NCBI GenBank assembly: GCA_027491415.1
Contig: JAOZFH010000026.1
Span: 1 to 64,000 of the forward strand
DNA: 64,000 nt
Reading direction: 5' to 3'
Source of the DNA: Thermoproteota archaeon
GTDB taxonomy: Archaea; Korarchaeota; Korarchaeia; Korarchaeales; Korarchaeaceae
The position numbers and the translations under genes are program-made. The notes under the pieces were generated by a model. That model made no database searches and was not told the DNA's origin. It worked only from the letters and a program-made list of their open reading frames with translations. This document shows, piece by piece, positions 50,761 through 59,532 of this stretch (positions are counted from its first letter, which is position 1; each line of letters begins with the position of its first letter).

Positions 50761-51447
50761 GGGAATTCTGTAGGCGGCCCCGTCCTCCGGAACTATCACG
50801 TTGACGGAGGGAAGGGCCTTCTTGGCCCTCTCGGCGAACTTCGCCAGTTCGTCCTCGCTCCCGTTTATTGGGACTGTCGTGGAGGCGCTGAGGATTCTCG
50901 CTATCCTTATCGCGTCGTTGACGCTGGCGGTCGGGGAGGTCCCTCCAACCGGGACGAATGCGATGTCCACGGGAGCGAAGGCCCGGAACGCCGTTGAGTA
51001 GGCGGTCCCCGACCCGTGGAACGCAGCGGCCTCGTCGGTCTCTATCAGAAACACGAGCGGGTTCAGCCCAGGGTGGACCGCCCTGAGGGCGTGGATTCTG
51101 AGTCCGTCCAGGTCTACGGACTCTCCCGGCCTCAGCCGCGCGATATTCTCATCGGGAACTAGCCTCCTCAGGTCCTTGAACACCGCCTTATTCGTCACCA
51201 CGGCCGCGTCCGTCTGCCTGGCGAGCCTCACGACGAGGTCTCTGCTGTAGTGATAGCTTCGGTCCTGAGTCACCGCTATGACGTCTAACCTCTCTATCGC
51301 CCTTATCTCCTCCTCCGACAGCTGCGATCCCGGGTCTAGCAGGATCAAGCGGGACTCCAGATTGAGCAGGATGCAGGACGGCAGCCTGATGTAGAAGGAG
51401 TTTCGCTCCCTCAGCACCCAGCCTATTGCCTCAGTTCCCCGGATCAA
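50755..51447 (-). CDS. MBL-fold protein with degenerate metal-binding motif
   Basis: ILLDP, TQDRSYH in place of THxHxDH, FHGSGT, DIAFVPVGG. Confidence 0.75.
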   Translation of the reverse strand: MIRGTEAIGWVLRERNSFYIRLPSCILLNLESRLILLDPGSQLSEEEIRAIERLDVIAVTQDRSYHYSRDLVVRLARQTDAAVVTNKAVFKDLRRLVPDENIARLRPGESVDLDGLRIHALRAVHPGLNPLVFLIETDEAAAFHGSGTAYSTAFRAFAPVDIAFVPVGGTSPTASVNDAIRIARILSASTTVPINGSEDELAKFAERAKKALPSVNVIVPEDGAAYRIPL

Positions 51448-51887
51448 GGCTCCTCCTTCCTCCTAACCTGAGCGGTCTGACCCGTGGCCGCTGACTCAAA
51501 GGCTTCTAAGCCGGAGACGACCTTTCCCAGCAGCAGGACGGGGGCGGGGAGCCTTATCCTCTTCAGCGCGATGATCAGGGCCTCCTTGGAGGGAACGAAG
51601 GCGACCTCCCCACGGCGGAGCTCACGCCTACCCTTCTCCAGCTTTGAGGTCATCTCAACGAAGAGGTAGACCTTTGGGCCGTCTCTGACGACCAGAGCCC
51701 TCTTGGGGAGATTCCTGTAGAGCCTCTCGGCTGTCAGTGGGGATAAGTGGCGCTTTATCTCAATATCAGCCGTCCCTGACGGCATTACCACCTCTACCAC
51801 GTAACTCTCAACAGACTCAACCAGCCCCCACACCTCCCGGGTAGCGAAAAAGCGGGGCTCGGTATGTGATGATGTGGGCTCCTCCAT
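51444..51887 (-). CDS. Cyclophilin-like fold protein
   Basis: SPLTAERLYRNLP, GEVAFVP...LIIAL, LLGKV; start uncertain. Confidence 0.7.
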   Translation of the reverse strand: MEEPTSSHTEPRFFATREVWGLVESVESYVVEVVMPSGTADIEIKRHLSPLTAERLYRNLPKRALVVRDGPKVYLFVEMTSKLEKGRRELRRGEVAFVPSKEALIIALKRIRLPAPVLLLGKVVSGLEAFESAATGQTAQVRRKEEP

Positions 51888-51896
51888 AATAAAACA

Positions 51897-51918
51897 CTCG
51901 CCCCCACCCGGGGGCGAG
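51897..51918 (-). terminator. GC-rich hairpin just downstream of rps25e
   Basis: CTCGCCCC ... GGGGCGAG 8-bp stem. Confidence 0.4.
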
Positions 51919-51923
51919 GGCTC

Positions 51924-52163
51924 TCAGGCCTTGGCGCCGCGGTAAATCCTCAGCTTGGAGTTTCCATCCACGTAGACAACCAGACCCTCCTTCTCAAAGC
52001 GTCGAAGGAGCCTCTTCGCCACGCTGACCCTGATGTCGTACTTCAGCGCGAGTGACTGGGGGGTGACGACCCTCGCCCGCTGGACGTACTTCGTTATCTC
52101 CTCTAGGAGTTCAGGTGTGACATCTGGAGCCCTGACCTTCTTCTCGGTGACCTGCGAACTCAT
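51924..52163 (-). CDS. rps25e: 30S ribosomal protein eS25
   Basis: VTPQSLALKYDIRVSVAKRLLR...LRIY. Confidence 0.88.
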   Translation of the reverse strand: MSSQVTEKKVRAPDVTPELLEEITKYVQRARVVTPQSLALKYDIRVSVAKRLLRRFEKEGLVVYVDGNSKLRIYRGAKA

Positions 52164-52256
52164 GCCAATCGTGTGGGGGGCTCACCACGCCTATATCAGG
52201 TTTGCGGAGCAACCGTGATTTATATAACCCTCACCTCTTAGCCGGTTTGAGGAGAA

Positions 52257-52712
52257 ATGGATCTGCCTCCCGTTCCGTCAAACCTGAATAGCCTGCTAGG
52301 CGAGTTTCTGGACGTGAACAACGTCGTAGCAGTAGTCGGCGCGTCTAGAAACCCTGAGAAGTGGGGGTACAAGCTCTACAAGTTCTTCAAAGATGAGTTC
52401 TACAAGAGGGTCTATCCCGTGAACCCGAAAGCCGAGACCGTCGACGGAGACAGAGCCTACCCGTCTCTAGACAGGCTCCCGGAGAGGCCGGACGTGGTCA
52501 ACGTTGTGGTGCCCCCTGAGGTCAGTCGAAGGATCGCCAGAGAGGCTGCTGAACTCGGGATCGAGAGAATATGGTTCCAGCCAGGGTCGGAGGACGAGGA
52601 GGCTATTGGAACGTGTCTGAGGGCCGGTATGAAGGTCGTTTGGGGAGTCTGCATGATGGAAGAGAGTTTGAAGAGGGGGATAGTCCCCCCGAGGTTTGGA
52701 CCGATCGGCTAG
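52257..52712 (+). CDS. CoA-binding protein (YccU-like)
   Basis: VAVVGASRNPEKWG, YPVNP, WFQPG. Confidence 0.9.
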   Translation: MDLPPVPSNLNSLLGEFLDVNNVVAVVGASRNPEKWGYKLYKFFKDEFYKRVYPVNPKAETVDGDRAYPSLDRLPERPDVVNVVVPPEVSRRIAREAAELGIERIWFQPGSEDEEAIGTCLRAGMKVVWGVCMMEESLKRGIVPPRFGPIG

Positions 52713-53809
52713 AGGGGAAGCGGTGCCGTTAGGAGGAGTACCGCCAAGTACATCAGGGAGCCCACGACCTTCCTCGAGGTCGAGAGCGAGCTCACCTCGT
52801 CGAGCGGGGGAGGGTGCCTCGTGAACGTAAACAGCGCCACCAGGAGGGCCATGAAGGGGCTGTAAATCATGGCCACGAGTACGGCCAGCATACCCAGGGC
52901 CGCCCTCGCCCTGCCGCTGGGAATTATGGCGTATATGACGTGACCTCCATCTAGCTGGCCAGCCGGCAGCAGGTTGAGGAACGTCAGTATGAGGCCCGCC
53001 CACCCGGCGAACGCAATGGGGGACATGATTAGCGCAGTCCCCTCGGGAACCGAGAGGCCCCTCTGGATCAGGCCGAACAGCAGGGGCGTGGGAACGAATT
53101 GTAGCCCCTCCTCCTTTGCCAGCTGAGCGGCGACCTCCGAGGGCAGGACCGGGGAGGTCAGCAGGCCTATGACCGTGACGGCCACGGCAGGAATGAAGCC
53201 GGCCAGTGGACCGGAGATTCCCATGTCAAACACCTCGTCTCTGTTTACGGGGACCTTTGCGCTTCTTATGACGGCGCCGAACGTGCCCAGCGGAGGAGGC
53301 CCGGGGATGAATATTGGGGGTTCCCAGTCGCCCCCCCACCACCTAGTGGCCATCATATGCCCCAGCTCGTGCACGCCCAGTATGGCGAACAGGGGGATCA
53401 CGAAGAAGATCGGATCTATCAGCTTCATCGATCTCCCGAGTTCGCTGACGAACTGAACATCGACTCTGGTAACGAGGTCCCTGAAGCTGGAGGACAGCAT
53501 CCAACCGCTGATCCAGACCGTGGCGGCGCTCACCGCGAGCGAGAGCAGGCTCTTCCATGCGGCCAGGGGGCTGGGTCTCCTGACCCTCCTGACGAGGATC
53601 AGGTAGGCCCCCTGTTCTGTTCTAAGGAGCTTTGGTAGCATGTCCAGCTCATCCAGATCCTCAACGAGGAGGCGGAACTCCTGCTTCAGGTCGGACCCGG
53701 GCAGGAGAGTAACGAGAAAGTCGTATCCTCCAGAGACCTCTCTGACCTCCAGGACGTTGAAGTGCTTGGACACCGCACGAATTGGATCGTCAAAGAGGGG
53801 CTCGAACAT
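52709..53809 (-). CDS. Site-2 protease (M50 family)
   Basis: HELGH, GTFGA, NLLPAGQLDGGH. Confidence 0.92.
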   Translation of the reverse strand: MFEPLFDDPIRAVSKHFNVLEVREVSGGYDFLVTLLPGSDLKQEFRLLVEDLDELDMLPKLLRTEQGAYLILVRRVRRPSPLAAWKSLLSLAVSAATVWISGWMLSSSFRDLVTRVDVQFVSELGRSMKLIDPIFFVIPLFAILGVHELGHMMATRWWGGDWEPPIFIPGPPPLGTFGAVIRSAKVPVNRDEVFDMGISGPLAGFIPAVAVTVIGLLTSPVLPSEVAAQLAKEEGLQFVPTPLLFGLIQRGLSVPEGTALIMSPIAFAGWAGLILTFLNLLPAGQLDGGHVIYAIIPSGRARAALGMLAVLVAMIYSPFMALLVALFTFTRHPPPLDEVSSLSTSRKVVGSLMYLAVLLLTAPLPL

Positions 53810-54424
53810 CGCCTTTCGGATTTCTCCCCGGCGCGGGGGGTTAAAAATGTGGCTCGATGCGACCCCAGTGAGGGGGATCTGTTGGAGGGGGGCGAATACA
53901 GGATCCGCCGCTTCGATCCATCTGAAGATCTCAGCAGCGTTGTGAGGTTGAATCGGGTCTTCCTCCCGGAGAATTACCCCTCATACTTCTTCGTCGAAAA
54001 TCACAGGCGGTGCCCTGAGGGGTTCCTTGTAGCAGAGGCCGCCGACGGCTCCATAGTCGGGTACATCATGTGCAGGGTCGAGACGAAATTCACAGACGAC
54101 ATCACGCTCAGGGTGGGTCACGTCCTCTCCGTGGCGGTGGACAGGGCCCACAGGAGGAGGGGTATTGGGAGAGGGCTTATGCTGGAGGCGGAGAGGAATC
54201 TGGTGGAGGAGAGGGGGGTTGACCTGATGTACCTTGAGGTGCGCGTGTCGAACACGCCAGCCATCTCCCTCTACAGGAAGATAGGGTACGAAATCCTGGG
54301 GGTAATCCCGATGTACTACGCCGACGGGGAGGACGCCTACCTCATGTACAAGCCGACCTCTAGGTCCGCCACCCCCGACAGGATCAGGCGGGCGCTGGGG
54401 AGCAGGGTGAGGCAAGTAAATTAG
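53762..54424 (+). CDS. N-terminal acetyltransferase (Ard1/RimI family)
   Basis: LPENY, GYIMCR, GHVLSVAV, RRRGIG, LEVRVSN, YYADGEDA; real start likely ~53849. Confidence 0.9.
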   Translation: MLGHRTNWIVKEGLEHRLSDFSPARGVKNVARCDPSEGDLLEGGEYRIRRFDPSEDLSSVVRLNRVFLPENYPSYFFVENHRRCPEGFLVAEAADGSIVGYIMCRVETKFTDDITLRVGHVLSVAVDRAHRRRGIGRGLMLEAERNLVEERGVDLMYLEVRVSNTPAISLYRKIGYEILGVIPMYYADGEDAYLMYKPTSRSATPDRIRRALGSRVRQVN

Positions 54425-54448
54425 CAACGGGGTGGGCCCGGCGCGCGG

Positions 54449-54685
54449 ATGTCCCGCGCATCCCCGCCAAGGGTGGACCTGAGGGGGAGGAAGTCGCCCC
54501 TCCCGGTGGTCAAGGTCGCGAAGGTCGTTAAGAAGATCAAGCCGGGGACGAGCGCCGAGTTCCTCGTAGACGACCTGAGGTCGCTGGAGGACATCCAGAA
54601 GTGGGCCGAGAGGACTGGCAACAAGATAACGAGGCTGGAGGATCGGGGGGGCTTCTGGAGGGTCGTGGTCAGAAAGAAGCTCTGA
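54449..54685 (+). CDS. TusA/SirA-like protein lacking the active-site Cys
   Basis: VDLRGRKSPLP, LVDD..S.EDI.KW...G. Confidence 0.82.
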   Translation: MSRASPPRVDLRGRKSPLPVVKVAKVVKKIKPGTSAEFLVDDLRSLEDIQKWAERTGNKITRLEDRGGFWRVVVRKKL

Positions 54686-55812
54686 GGGAGGGGTCTTGGA
54701 CGGAGGAACTCGACCTAGGCGCGCTCAGGGTTAGGGGCTGGAGCAGGGGCTGCGAGATATGCTGGCGAGGGGCGAAGATGGTCCTCTTCGTCACCGGGGC
54801 CTGTCCCAAGTATGACGAGTGTCCGTACTGCACGATCTCCCCTTGGAGACGGAACAGAGATGTGATCTACGCCGACGAGGTCGAGGTGAAGTCCGACGAA
54901 GACGTTCTCAGGGAGGCTCGACTCATCGAGGCTCAAGGAGTCGGGATAACGGGTGGAGAGCCTTCGGTGGTTCCGAGGAGGGTGGAGCACTACCTGCGTG
55001 TTCTGAAGGGTGAGTTCGGGGAGGGATTCCACGCCCACCTCTACACCAACGGATGGGGGATCACAGAGGAGGTCCTAGCCAGGTGGGTCGACGCCGGGCT
55101 GGACGAGATAAGGTTCCACATCTGGGACGAGGGCGGCTGGCAGAAGATCAGGCTGGCGGTGAAGTTCGACCTGAGGGTCGGCGCCGAGATGCCCGCCATC
55201 CCTGGCTCCCCCTGGGAGGATCGTCTGAGGGACCTCGCGGTGTTCCTCGATTCGGCCGGGGCCGAGTTCATGAACCTGAACGAGCTAGAGTTCACCGAGG
55301 GAAACAGGCGGTCCCTGCTGGCTATGGGTATGAGGCCGAGGCCAGACAGCGAGGTGGCAGCCATGGGCAGCAGGGAGGCGGCCACGAGGGTTCTGGAGTT
55401 CATCGAGCGAGAGACGGGCATCGACGGGTACTTCTGTCCAGCCCAGCAGAAGGACCACCAGATGTGGATGAGGTGGCGAAGGCGCGCCAAGAACGTCGCC
55501 GAGCCCTACGAGTCTCCGGAAGAGCGCGGGTCCCTCGTATACGGCGTGTTGAAGGGGGACGAAGAGGCGCTCTCCCTAGCGCTGGATCTACTGAGGGAGA
55601 GAGGGGTCCCGAAGGAGCGAATCCTGATCAAGCGGGGCGAGATAAGAGTGGCCCCTGAAGCCCTGATTGAACTAGCCGAGGAACTCGTGTCGCTCGGTCT
55701 CGAGGGAGAACTCGTCGAGGTTGCCCCGCTCGACGAGCGAATGGTTCTAGCGGAGTACCCCCTCGCCTACGTTGCGAGGCACGGGAAGGAGTGGGAAGAG
55801 GGGGGCGGGTAG
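54601..55812 (+). CDS. Radical SAM protein (COG2108-like)
   Basis: GCEICWRGAKMVLFVTG, CPKYDECPYC, ITGGEP, HLYT, LDEIRFH, NLNELE; start uncertain. Confidence 0.85.
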   Translation: MGREDWQQDNEAGGSGGLLEGRGQKEALREGSWTEELDLGALRVRGWSRGCEICWRGAKMVLFVTGACPKYDECPYCTISPWRRNRDVIYADEVEVKSDEDVLREARLIEAQGVGITGGEPSVVPRRVEHYLRVLKGEFGEGFHAHLYTNGWGITEEVLARWVDAGLDEIRFHIWDEGGWQKIRLAVKFDLRVGAEMPAIPGSPWEDRLRDLAVFLDSAGAEFMNLNELEFTEGNRRSLLAMGMRPRPDSEVAAMGSREAATRVLEFIERETGIDGYFCPAQQKDHQMWMRWRRRAKNVAEPYESPEERGSLVYGVLKGDEEALSLALDLLRERGVPKERILIKRGEIRVAPEALIELAEELVSLGLEGELVEVAPLDERMVLAEYPLAYVARHGKEWEEGGG

Positions 55813-55832
55813 AGCGGCTGACCCTCTGCGGC

Positions 55833-57107
55833 TCAGACCAGTATCTCCTCGCCCGCCTCTGAGGGGGAGATTGCGGATATCCCGAACTCTTCGGTGAGTT
55901 CCTTGGCGAACCTTGCGGAGTACTCTCCGTGGATCGTCATTATGGCCTCTGGCTCGAGCTGCTTGACGAACCTCCTCAGCCCGCTGTCGCTGGCGTGAGC
56001 GGAGAAGTTCAGCTGGTTCACCTTCATCTGTATCTCGACCTCCTCGCCGTCTACGGTCATCCTGCCCTCCTCAATGAGCCTCCTGCCTTCCGTACCCTCA
56101 ATTTGGTAGCCGGTGAGGGTGACGGAACTCTTGGGGTCGTCCTTCAGCTCCTTGAGGTAGAAGTGCACCGGTCCACCCTCCAGCATCCCGGAGGTGGTCA
56201 GTATCACGTTGGGTCTCTTGACGAGCTTCTTCCTTAGTCTCCAGCCGTCCACGGGCTTGATGAACCTCTCGACGTACCTCAGGATGTCCGGGTCCCTGAC
56301 CCTGTCCGGGTAGGCGTCGGTTATCTCGGCGCCCCTCCTAGCCATCCCGTCGAGGAACATCCTGCCCCTGAAGCCCCTGGCCTTCAGCGCCATGGCGATC
56401 TCCAGCAGCCTGCCTATGGCGAAGCCCGCTATGACCGCCACGCCGCCGCTCCTCAGGGTCTCGTCAACGACCTCCTTCAGGAGCATCTCCTGCCCCTCCC
56501 TTCGGGGGTGCTCCTTGAACGCGTACGTGGACTCCATGATCAGGAGGTCGACCTTCGGTATGGACGTGTCCGCGGGGGGCATAAGCCTCGTCTCGCGCAT
56601 GTTGAGGTCTCCCGTGTAGAGTATGGACTTCCCGTCGTACCTGAGGTAGAACATGGCGCTCCCAGGTATGTGGCCGGCGTTGTAGGCCGTGATCTCGACG
56701 TCCCCAACCCTAAAGGGGACGCCGAACTCCACCTGCCTGAAGTTCGCCAGGGACTGCCTGACCTCCCTCATCCCGTAGGGCAGCGTGTGCCCCCTGGCCT
56801 TCGCCACCTTGATGGCGTCCGCCAGCAGGACGTCGCTGTAGTCCCTGGTGATGTCCAAGGCGTAGACCTTCGGCCACTTCCCCCTAGACCTGAACAGCGC
56901 GGGTATGGCGCCCGAGTGGTCTAGGTGAGCGTGAGAGAGCAGCACCGCGTCGACATCCTCCACCTCAGGCGGGAAGAGCGGCTGGCTCTTGGGGATCAGC
57001 TTCATCCCATAGTCCAGAAGGATCCTAGTATCACCCGCCTCAAGGAGGACGGCCGAGCGTCCAACCTCATTGTACCCACTGAGCACGGAAACTGACATCT
57101 TGCTCAT
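55833..57107 (-). CDS. beta-CASP MBL ribonuclease (aCPSF2-like, no KH domains)
   Basis: EVGRS, HAHLDH, AGHIPG, YTGD, ESTY, SGMLEGG, FSAH. Confidence 0.92.
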   Translation of the reverse strand: MSKMSVSVLSGYNEVGRSAVLLEAGDTRILLDYGMKLIPKSQPLFPPEVEDVDAVLLSHAHLDHSGAIPALFRSRGKWPKVYALDITRDYSDVLLADAIKVAKARGHTLPYGMREVRQSLANFRQVEFGVPFRVGDVEITAYNAGHIPGSAMFYLRYDGKSILYTGDLNMRETRLMPPADTSIPKVDLLIMESTYAFKEHPRREGQEMLLKEVVDETLRSGGVAVIAGFAIGRLLEIAMALKARGFRGRMFLDGMARRGAEITDAYPDRVRDPDILRYVERFIKPVDGWRLRKKLVKRPNVILTTSGMLEGGPVHFYLKELKDDPKSSVTLTGYQIEGTEGRRLIEEGRMTVDGEEVEIQMKVNQLNFSAHASDSGLRRFVKQLEPEAIMTIHGEYSARFAKELTEEFGISAISPSEAGEEILV

Positions 57108-57234
57108 GTCTCAGCTCACTCCCTTCAACACGGCGGTGGTCTCCGAGGCTCGCTGTCCTCGGGCCCCGCCTTCTCACGCTCTACTACGGCGCCTCACTAT
57201 TTAAGTGCGGCCCCTCAGGGGGAGGGGGGTAACC

Positions 57235-57561
57235 ATGGAGTTCGTATCCTACCAAGATTTCTCGAAGCTCGACCTCAGGGTGGCGCAGATTCTCTCCGCC
57301 AAGAAGGTGGAGGGGGCCGACAAGCTCCTCGTCCTCGAGATAGACCTGGGAGGCGAAAAGAGGCAGATCGTGGCGGGAATAGCCGAGTACTACTCCCCCG
57401 AGGAGCTGGTCGGCACCCAGATAGTCGTAGTGGCCAACCTGCAGCCCAGGAAGATCAGGGGGGTGTGGTCTCAGGGGATGCTGCTGGCGGCGGATGTGGA
57501 CGGCAGGCCCGTCCTGCTCAGGCCAGACAAGCCGGTGCCGCCCGGCAGCAAGGTCCTGTGA
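57235..57561 (+). CDS. tRNA-binding OB-fold protein (Trbp111/MetRS C-terminal-like)
   Basis: DFSKLDLRV, ADKLL, RQIVAGI, NLQPRKIRG..SQGMLLA. Confidence 0.92.
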   Translation: MEFVSYQDFSKLDLRVAQILSAKKVEGADKLLVLEIDLGGEKRQIVAGIAEYYSPEELVGTQIVVVANLQPRKIRGVWSQGMLLAADVDGRPVLLRPDKPVPPGSKVL

Positions 57562-57571
57562 CGCCAAGAGG

Positions 57572-57961
57572 TTAGCCCAGTGCCGGGAAGCGGTAGACCT
57601 CCACTCCCCTGTCCTCTATTTCCTCAAAGTCTAGGTAGGCGACGCCCTTCCTCTCGAGAGACCTGAGGATGCTCACAGCCACGTCGACCGGAATGCCGAG
57701 CTCTAGGGCGAGCTCCTCCGCCGTAAGTCTTCCTCCCTTCTCCTTGGCCACCCTGAGGGTCTCGGCCTCGATGCGCCCAAGCGCCACGCCGGACCTCTGC
57801 CTGATCCTCAGGAGGTAGATCGAGGCCCCCGCCAGGAACAGAAAGATGAGGGAAGGGAACACCCTCACCGGATTGTAGGCCGCGGCCACCGCGAAAACTA
57901 TGCCCAGGAGGCCGAAGAGCGCGGCCGCCCCGATGAGGATGAGGGATGGGGCGTCCCTCAT
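57572..57961 (-). CDS. Two-TM membrane protein with C-terminal winged helix
   Basis: Two hydrophobic helices, then GGRLTAEELALELGI...LERKG...YRF. Confidence 0.75.
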   Translation of the reverse strand: MRDAPSLILIGAAALFGLLGIVFAVAAAYNPVRVFPSLIFLFLAGASIYLLRIRQRSGVALGRIEAETLRVAKEKGGRLTAEELALELGIPVDVAVSILRSLERKGVAYLDFEEIEDRGVEVYRFPALG

Positions 57962-57970
57962 CGGATCCCC

Positions 57971-58699
57971 TCAGGCCCTTCCGAGTTCCTGCTTCAGCTT
58001 CGCCAGGTCGTCCTCGACGGCCTTCTGAATCTCAAGGGTCTTGAGTTCCTTCTCTATCTCGTCCCTCTCCTCGGGCTCCAGTATGTCCAGCTCTCCCCCT
58101 GCGGCCACGAGCTCGTCTATCGCGGCCGCGCGGGCCCTCATGTCCTCCACCTTGCTCTCCGCCCTCTCGATGGCCCTCGCCGCCGAGAGCATGTCGTCGG
58201 ACAGGCCGGAGAGGCTCTCCTTGACCTCGACCTGAGCCTTGGACACCTCGTACTCGGCCTTGAGCTTCTCCTTCTTGGCGCGGAAGAGTTCTATCCTCGT
58301 CTGGAGGGTCTCCCTGACCTGCTTCAGCTTCTCTTCGTCCTCCTTCATCTCCTCTATCTTCCGCTCGAGGGACTCCAGCTCGGCCTGCAGCACGTGCTTC
58401 CGCTCGAGGGCCTTCTTGGCCAGATCCTCCCTGCCCAGCTCGAGGGCCCTCCTGGCCTTCTCGTCGAGGTCCTCAACCTTCTCGCGAATCCTCTCGGCGT
58501 TGAACTCAAGCTTCTTCCGGGCCGTCATGGCCCTCGCGAGGGCCATGTCTACGTCGTGGAGCTGCTGGACCAGCTTGTCGTAGGCGTAGTCCAGCTGCTC
58601 CCTCGGGTCTTCAAAGCGGTCCAGAAGCTTGTTGAGTTTCGCCTCTATGCTTGCAACCAGGCGATCCCAGAAACCAGTCATGGGCAATCTGATTCTCAC
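57971..58699 (-). CDS. pspA: PspA/IM30 (ESCRT-III superfamily) protein
   Basis: LLDRFEDPREQL, ALELGREDLAKKALERK, RAAAIDEL, C-terminal VEDDLAKLK. Confidence 0.9.
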   Translation of the reverse strand: MRIRLPMTGFWDRLVASIEAKLNKLLDRFEDPREQLDYAYDKLVQQLHDVDMALARAMTARKKLEFNAERIREKVEDLDEKARRALELGREDLAKKALERKHVLQAELESLERKIEEMKEDEEKLKQVRETLQTRIELFRAKKEKLKAEYEVSKAQVEVKESLSGLSDDMLSAARAIERAESKVEDMRARAAAIDELVAAGGELDILEPEERDEIEKELKTLEIQKAVEDDLAKLKQELGRA

Positions 58700-58738
58700 A
58701 CCTCGCCACGGGATAAAAATCTTGGGTCGGCGTGGGAG

Positions 58739-59479
58739 CTACTCCGAGGATAGAACCCTGAGCGCGACCTCGGCCGCGCGCATCAGCGCGTCCTGCGACT
58801 CCTCAGGGAGCTCAGAGGCTGACGGCCTGACCTCCGCCTTGCCCGTCCCCTCGGCGATGTTCCCATCGACCACTAGGACGGCGGCCGATCTGGCGCCCAA
58901 TAGGCGAGAGAGGACGAATATCGTGCTGCACTCCATCTCCACGGAGAGTAGGTTGAGCTCACCGGCCTGCTCGATCAGCCACTCTTCGTCCACGTAGAAG
59001 GCGTCCAGGGTCGCGATTATGCCCTCGTAAACCGTGAGCCCTTTCAGCCTGGCCTCTCTCGACAGCGCAAGCGCGAGCCTTGGGTCGGGAACCGCCGGGT
59101 ACTCCGCGGGGGCGTAGAACTCCGAGGCCCCGTCCATCCGGAGGGAGCCGTGGGGCACGACGAGCGACCCTATCTCGATCCCCCTCTGGAGGGCGCCGGT
59201 CGTCCCCACCCGGATCAGGAGTTCCGCGCCGGCCTCTAGGAGTTCGTTGACAGCGATCGCGGTCGAGGGCCCCCCAATTCCAGTCGAGCAGATCAGAATC
59301 TCCACGCCCTCGTACTCTCCCTTCACAGACCGGAACTCCCTGTTGTGGGCCAGGACCCTGGGCTCGTCGAGCAGCCCGGCGATCCTATCCACCCTACCGG
59401 GATCGCCCGTCAGAACGACCCTCTCCGGAACCTCGTCGGGCTGCATCCTCAGGTGAAGGAGCCTCCCCAGCTTGGGCAT
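58739..59479 (-). CDS. Uridine/purine nucleoside phosphorylase (NP-I)
   Basis: GDPGRV, STGIGGPS, RVGTTG, VEME. Confidence 0.9.
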   Translation of the reverse strand: MPKLGRLLHLRMQPDEVPERVVLTGDPGRVDRIAGLLDEPRVLAHNREFRSVKGEYEGVEILICSTGIGGPSTAIAVNELLEAGAELLIRVGTTGALQRGIEIGSLVVPHGSLRMDGASEFYAPAEYPAVPDPRLALALSREARLKGLTVYEGIIATLDAFYVDEEWLIEQAGELNLLSVEMECSTIFVLSRLLGARSAAVLVVDGNIAEGTGKAEVRPSASELPEESQDALMRAAEVALRVLSSE

Positions 59480-59532
59480 GGTCTAACGCTCCCTCGGAAG
59501 TTTATTATTGGACTCCCGGGTCAAACGGCTCA

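Noticed and set aside
51866-51925. GTGATGA box C-like motif suggesting a C/D sRNA
   Set aside because: No properly placed CTGA box D found downstream
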